From Caulobacterales bacterium (GTDB lineage: Bacteria > Pseudomonadota > Alphaproteobacteria > Caulobacterales > Hyphomonadaceae): 64,000 bases of DNA. Position 1 is the stretch's first letter. Each line of letters begins with the position of its first letter. The DNA is taken from positions 3,232-67,231 of the forward strand of contig JBBQJV010000014.1 in NCBI GenBank assembly GCA_038326205.1, in the 5' to 3' direction. This document shows, piece by piece, positions 60,338-64,000 of the stretch. A program made the position numbers and the translations under genes. The notes under the pieces were generated by a model, which worked only from the letters and a program-made list of their open reading frames with translations, was not told the DNA's origin and ran no database searches.

Positions 60338-62560
60338 ATGATGGCAAAACGATCGGTCAAATCCGAGCGCACAGTGCGTGAGCGCAAGACGGCGCCCATG
60401 CGCGCGCCGAAGGCGGCTGAAAAGACCGTAGGCGTCACCTCGCCCCTCGCCAACACCCCTGATCGCTTTTTCAACCGCGAGCTCAGCTGGCTGAAGTTCA
60501 ACTCCCGCGTCCTTGAGGAGGCCGAAAACCGTGGCCATCCGCTGCTGGAGCGTCTGCGCTTCATCTCGATCTCGGCCAGCAACCTCGACGAATTCTATTC
60601 TGTGCGTGTCGCTGGCCTGCGCCAACAGGTGCGCGCCAACATCACGCGCGCCAGTTCCGACGGCCTGACGCCGCCGCAACAGCTGCAGCGAATCGGTGTC
60701 GAAGCCGGTCTCTTGATGGCCGAGCAGCAGCGCATCTGGACAACCATCCGCGCCGAGATGCGGCAGGCGGGTCTTGCCGTGGTGGACGCCGACGAACTCA
60801 GCGACGTCGATCGCGACTGGCTGCGCGCTCGCTTCATGGAGCGCGTCTTCCCCGTACTGACGCCGCTCGCCATCGATCCGTCCCACCCGTTCCCGTTCCT
60901 GCCGAACCAGGGCTTCGCCGTCGGCTTCTCGCTGCATCGCCAGTCCGACAGCGTGAAGCTGCGTGCGCTGGTGCCGATCCCGACCCACGTCGAACGCTTC
61001 ATCGAATTGCCCGGCGAGCCCGCCAACCGGCGTTTCATCGCGCTGGAAGACGTCATCACGCTTTTCCTCGACGCGCTGTTCCCGGACTGCGTCTCGAAGG
61101 GCCGCTGCATGCTGCGCGTCATCCGGGACAGCGACATCGAGATCGAGGAAGAAGCCGAAGACCTCGTCCGCGAATTCGAAATCCTGCTGAAACAACGCCG
61201 TCGTGGCCGCATCGTGCGCATCAAGATCGACCGCAGTGCGCCAGAAGACCTCAAGGCCTTCTTCATCGCCGAGATCGAAGCCGATCCCATCGACGTCGTC
61301 GAAGTCGACGGCATCATGGGCATGAACCAGCTGCGCGAGCTGATCGTCGATGGCCGGCCCGAGCTTGTTTTCCCGCCTCTCGAGCCGCGCTTCCCCGAGC
61401 GTGTCCGCGAGTATAACGGTGATATTTTCGCTGCTATCCGCGTGAAGGACATTCTCGTCCATCACCCCTATGAATCGTTCGACGTCGTCGCCCAGTTCCT
61501 GCGCCAGGCCGCGCGCGATCCCGATGTGGTCGCCGTGAAGCAGACGCTCTACCGTACCTCGAAGAACTCTCCCATCGTCGCGGCCCTCATCGAAGCCGCC
61601 GAAGCCGGCAAGAACGTCACCGCGCTTGTCGAGCTGAAAGCCCGCTTCGACGAAGAGGCCAACCTCCGCCTCGCCCGCGACCTCGAACGCGCCGGCGTGC
61701 AGGTTGTCTACGGCATCATCGAACTGAAGACCCACGCAAAGGTCTCGCTCGCCATCCGCCGCGAGCAGGGATCACTGCGCGCCTACACCCATGTCGGCAC
61801 CGGGAACTACCATCCGATCACCGCGCGCATCTATGATGACTTGTCGCTCTTCACCGCCGACCCCGCGATCGGTCGCGATGCGGGCCGACTCTTCAACTAC
61901 GTCACCGGCTATTCCAAGCCCGTCGCGATGGAAGCCATGGCGATCTCGCCCTTCGGCATCAAGTCGACGCTGGTGGCGCTGATCGAAGATGAAATCGCGC
62001 ACGCGAAAGCTGGCCGTCCCGCGCAGATCTGGGCCAAGCTCAACGCGCTCGTCGACGAGACGATCATCGACATGCTCTACAAGGCAAGCCAGTCCGGCGT
62101 GCAGATTCAGCTGGTTGTCCGCGGCATCTGCTGCCTGCGACCCGGCGTTCCGGGCCTGTCCGAGAACATCGAGGTGCGCTCCATGGTCGGCCGCTTCCTC
62201 GAGCACGCGCGAATCGTCTGCTTCGGCGCCGGCGCCGGTCTGCCGTCGGACGATGCGAAGGTGTTCATTACTTCGGCGGACTGGATGCAACGAAACCTCG
62301 ATCGCCGCGTTGAAACGCTCACGCCAATCACGAATCCGACTGTGCATAACCAGGTTCTCGACCAGATCATGTTGGCGAACCTGTATGACAACGCTCAAAG
62401 CTGGACGTTGCGCCCCGATGGCGGGTATGTGCGTAACGCGGCGAGCGAGGGCCTCAAGTCCTTCTCGGCGCACGACTACTTCCTCGAAAACCCCAGCCTC
62501 TCCGGCCGGGGCAGCGCGCTGCGGCTGGCCACGCCACCGGAGCTCAAGCCCAGGGACTGA
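60338..62560 (+). CDS. ppk: polyphosphate kinase 1
   Basis: 740 aa. It contains [19 protein letters not shown] and two PLD-like HKD regions ([17 protein letters not shown]). Confidence 0.95.
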   Translation: MMAKRSVKSERTVRERKTAPMRAPKAAEKTVGVTSPLANTPDRFFNRELSWLKFNSRVLEEAENRGHPLLERLRFISISASNLDEFYSVRVAGLRQQVRANITRASSDGLTPPQQLQRIGVEAGLLMAEQQRIWTTIRAEMRQAGLAVVDADELSDVDRDWLRARFMERVFPVLTPLAIDPSHPFPFLPNQGFAVGFSLHRQSDSVKLRALVPIPTHVERFIELPGEPANRRFIALEDVITLFLDALFPDCVSKGRCMLRVIRDSDIEIEEEAEDLVREFEILLKQRRRGRIVRIKIDRSAPEDLKAFFIAEIEADPIDVVEVDGIMGMNQLRELIVDGRPELVFPPLEPRFPERVREYNGDIFAAIRVKDILVHHPYESFDVVAQFLRQAARDPDVVAVKQTLYRTSKNSPIVAALIEAAEAGKNVTALVELKARFDEEANLRLARDLERAGVQVVYGIIELKTHAKVSLAIRREQGSLRAYTHVGTGNYHPITARIYDDLSLFTADPAIGRDAGRLFNYVTGYSKPVAMEAMAISPFGIKSTLVALIEDEIAHAKAGRPAQIWAKLNALVDETIIDMLYKASQSGVQIQLVVRGICCLRPGVPGLSENIEVRSMVGRFLEHARIVCFGAGAGLPSDDAKVFITSADWMQRNLDRRVETLTPITNPTVHNQVLDQIMLANLYDNAQSWTLRPDGGYVRNAASEGLKSFSAHDYFLENPSLSGRGSALRLATPPELKPRD

Positions 62561-62615
62561 CGCCGGCCACATCCGGTGACAGCACTGGGACCAGACAGGG
62601 ACCAGTGGCCTGCGT

Positions 62616-64000
62616 ATGACTTTGCCTGCGATCACCCGGTCGAGAAGCAGCAGCAAGCCCTTCCGCTGGAAGCGCGTCGGCGTCATGGACGTCGGCTCCA
62701 ACTCCGTGCGTCTGGTTGTATACGATGTGCGGGGCCGCGCCATGCAGCCGCGCTTCAACGAGAAAGTTCTCGCCGGTCTCGGCCGTGGCCTCCCCAGCAC
62801 GGGAGGCCTCAACAAGGACGGTGTCGAGGTCGCCATCGCGGCGCTCGCGCGCTTTGCCTCGATCACACGCGCCCAGAAGGTCGAATCGCTCTTTCCGTTT
62901 GCCACCGCCGCCGTTCGTGAAGCCTTAGACGGCGCCGCGTTCGTCGAGCGCGTAAAGAAGGAAACGGGTATCGTGCTGCGCGTCCTCTCCGGCGGGGACG
63001 AAGCGCGCTTTGCGGCTGAAGGCGTGCTCGCAGGAACACCGGGTGTCGATGGTGTCGCCGGCGATCTTGGCGGCTCAAGTCTCGAACTCGCGCGCCTCAC
63101 GGGCGGCAAGTATGACGGCGGCTCGACCTATCCGCTCGGCCCCCTTGCACTCGATAGCGGGTCAGGCTTCCAAGAAGACAAGATCATGGCGCGGGCGAAG
63201 GACATCCTGTCCGGCGCACCCGAGCTCAAGAAATCCGGCGATGTTTTTTTTGCCGTCGGCGGCGCCTGGCGCGCCATCGGCACGCTTCACATGGAGTTGA
63301 CCCGCGCGCCTCTGCACATGCTCCAGAACTACGAGATGGACGCGCCAGAGCTTCTCAAGCTGCTCGGCGATATCATCGGCGGCAAGAAGCACGCCGACCT
63401 GATGCTGGAAGTCGCCCGCAAGCGCGCCGCGACCGTCCCCTACGCCGCCGCCGTGCTCAAGAACGTCATCGAACTCGGCAAGTTCAAGACCGTGATGATC
63501 TCCTCTTATGGCGTGCGTGAAGGCATTATCTTCGACAGCCTCGACGACGCCGAACGCCAGGAAGACCCGCTGGATGCGGGCATCGATGTCCTGATCGCCG
63601 ACGAACAAGCCGCCGAGTTCGGCCGCGCGCTGGCTGACTGGGCCGTTGAAGCCGCGCCCTACACGTTGAACGCACGTCTTACCGCTGCGGCCTGTCGTCT
63701 TGTCGATATCGGCGCGCTGCTGCATCCCGATCACCGTGCGGATCTGGCTTTCGATCTCGTCTCTCGCGCTCCGCTTCCCGGCCTTAGCCATCGCGACCGC
63801 GCCGCCCTCGCGCTTGCGGTCGCCTCGCGGTTCAAGCGCGGCCTGCGCAACGATGTCAGCGAGAAACTGCTCGATCAGAACCTTGCGGGCAGGGCGCGCG
63901 CCCTCGGCGCCCTGATGCGCCTCGCCGCAGATTTCTCGGGCCGCTCCGCCGCCCTGCTCAAGCACGCAAAGCTCACCTGCGATGGCGACACGCTCACCCT
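62616..64000 (+). CDS. ppx: exopolyphosphatase (Ppx/GppA family), 3' end outside window
   Basis: Absent from the ORF track because it has no stop in the window. From ATG 62616 it reads MTLPAITRSRSSSKPFRWKRVGVMDVGSNSVRLVVYDV...GDLGGSSLEL... Confidence 0.9.
   Translation, partial: MTLPAITRSRSSSKPFRWKRVGVMDVGSNSVRLVVYDVRGRAMQPRFNEKVLAGLGRGLPSTGGLNKDGVEVAIAALARFASITRAQKVESLFPFATAAVREALDGAAFVERVKKETGIVLRVLSGGDEARFAAEGVLAGTPGVDGVAGDLGGSSLELARLTGGKYDGGSTYPLGPLALDSGSGFQEDKIMARAKDILSGAPELKKSGDVFFAVGGAWRAIGTLHMELTRAPLHMLQNYEMDAPELLKLLGDIIGGKKHADLMLEVARKRAATVPYAAAVLKNVIELGKFKTVMISSYGVREGIIFDSLDDAERQEDPLDAGIDVLIADEQAAEFGRALADWAVEAAPYTLNARLTAAACRLVDIGALLHPDHRADLAFDLVSRAPLPGLSHRDRAALALAVASRFKRGLRNDVSEKLLDQNLAGRARALGALMRLAADFSGRSAALLKHAKLTCDGDTLT

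Noticed and set aside
54115-63109. Long shadow ORFs such as 54115-55233 (-), 55728-56672 (+), 56682-57545 (+), 57563-58492 (+ part), 60104-61735 (-) and 61772-63109 (-)
   Set aside because: Each lies opposite a confidently recognised housekeeping gene (cca, hemF, purN, purM, ppk, ppx). Each translates to Arg/Ala/Pro-rich sequence without motifs.

Overview
This is a GC-rich chromosomal segment that looks alphaproteobacterial. The evidence is synteny: purN-purM / DUF2066 / hdaA / ppk / ppx, a MoxR-DUF58-BatA-like operon, DUF1285-NUDIX-cca, class I lysK, and a 666-aa parE. I call about 65 protein genes. I saw no rRNA, tRNA or CRISPR by eye, but no tRNA or RNA-family scan was possible. Many track ORFs are antisense shadows of real genes, as expected in high-GC DNA, and were discarded. 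The right third (about 44-64 kb) is ordinary housekeeping. The left and middle parts are accessory and visibly decaying:
- a hybrid histidine kinase with three in-frame stops plus a frameshift;
- a secreted-protein gene with one in-frame TGA;
- a frameshifted IS110-family element;
- a frameshifted 1000-bp IS481-family element with recognisable inverted ends.

Observations most worth follow-up:
1. The IS110 element has a structured 5' leader whose long stem pairs fully only on the transposase strand. That fits a bridge/guide-RNA candidate. It sits next to a 0.9-kb ORF-free, inverted-repeat-rich gap.
2. A ribbon-helix-helix-like module is fused in frame to an orphan P-II signal protein.
3. Two tandem atypical receiver proteins share a GPCRRRK linker and an unassigned C-terminal domain.
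4. The four-gene ligase-associated DNA damage response system (ligase, MBL exonuclease, DExH helicase, PdeM) is scattered over 14 kb. A GTTC-N7-GTTC SOS-box candidate lies in front of the displaced ligase.
5. There is a DUF5671 plus two Cys-rich paralogs membrane operon.
6. A translationally coupled ATP-grasp / HExxH peptidase pair is present.
7. An AT-rich 8-4-8 inverted repeat sits upstream of an HTH-S24 repressor.

All family assignments come from motif recognition by eye, not from searches.
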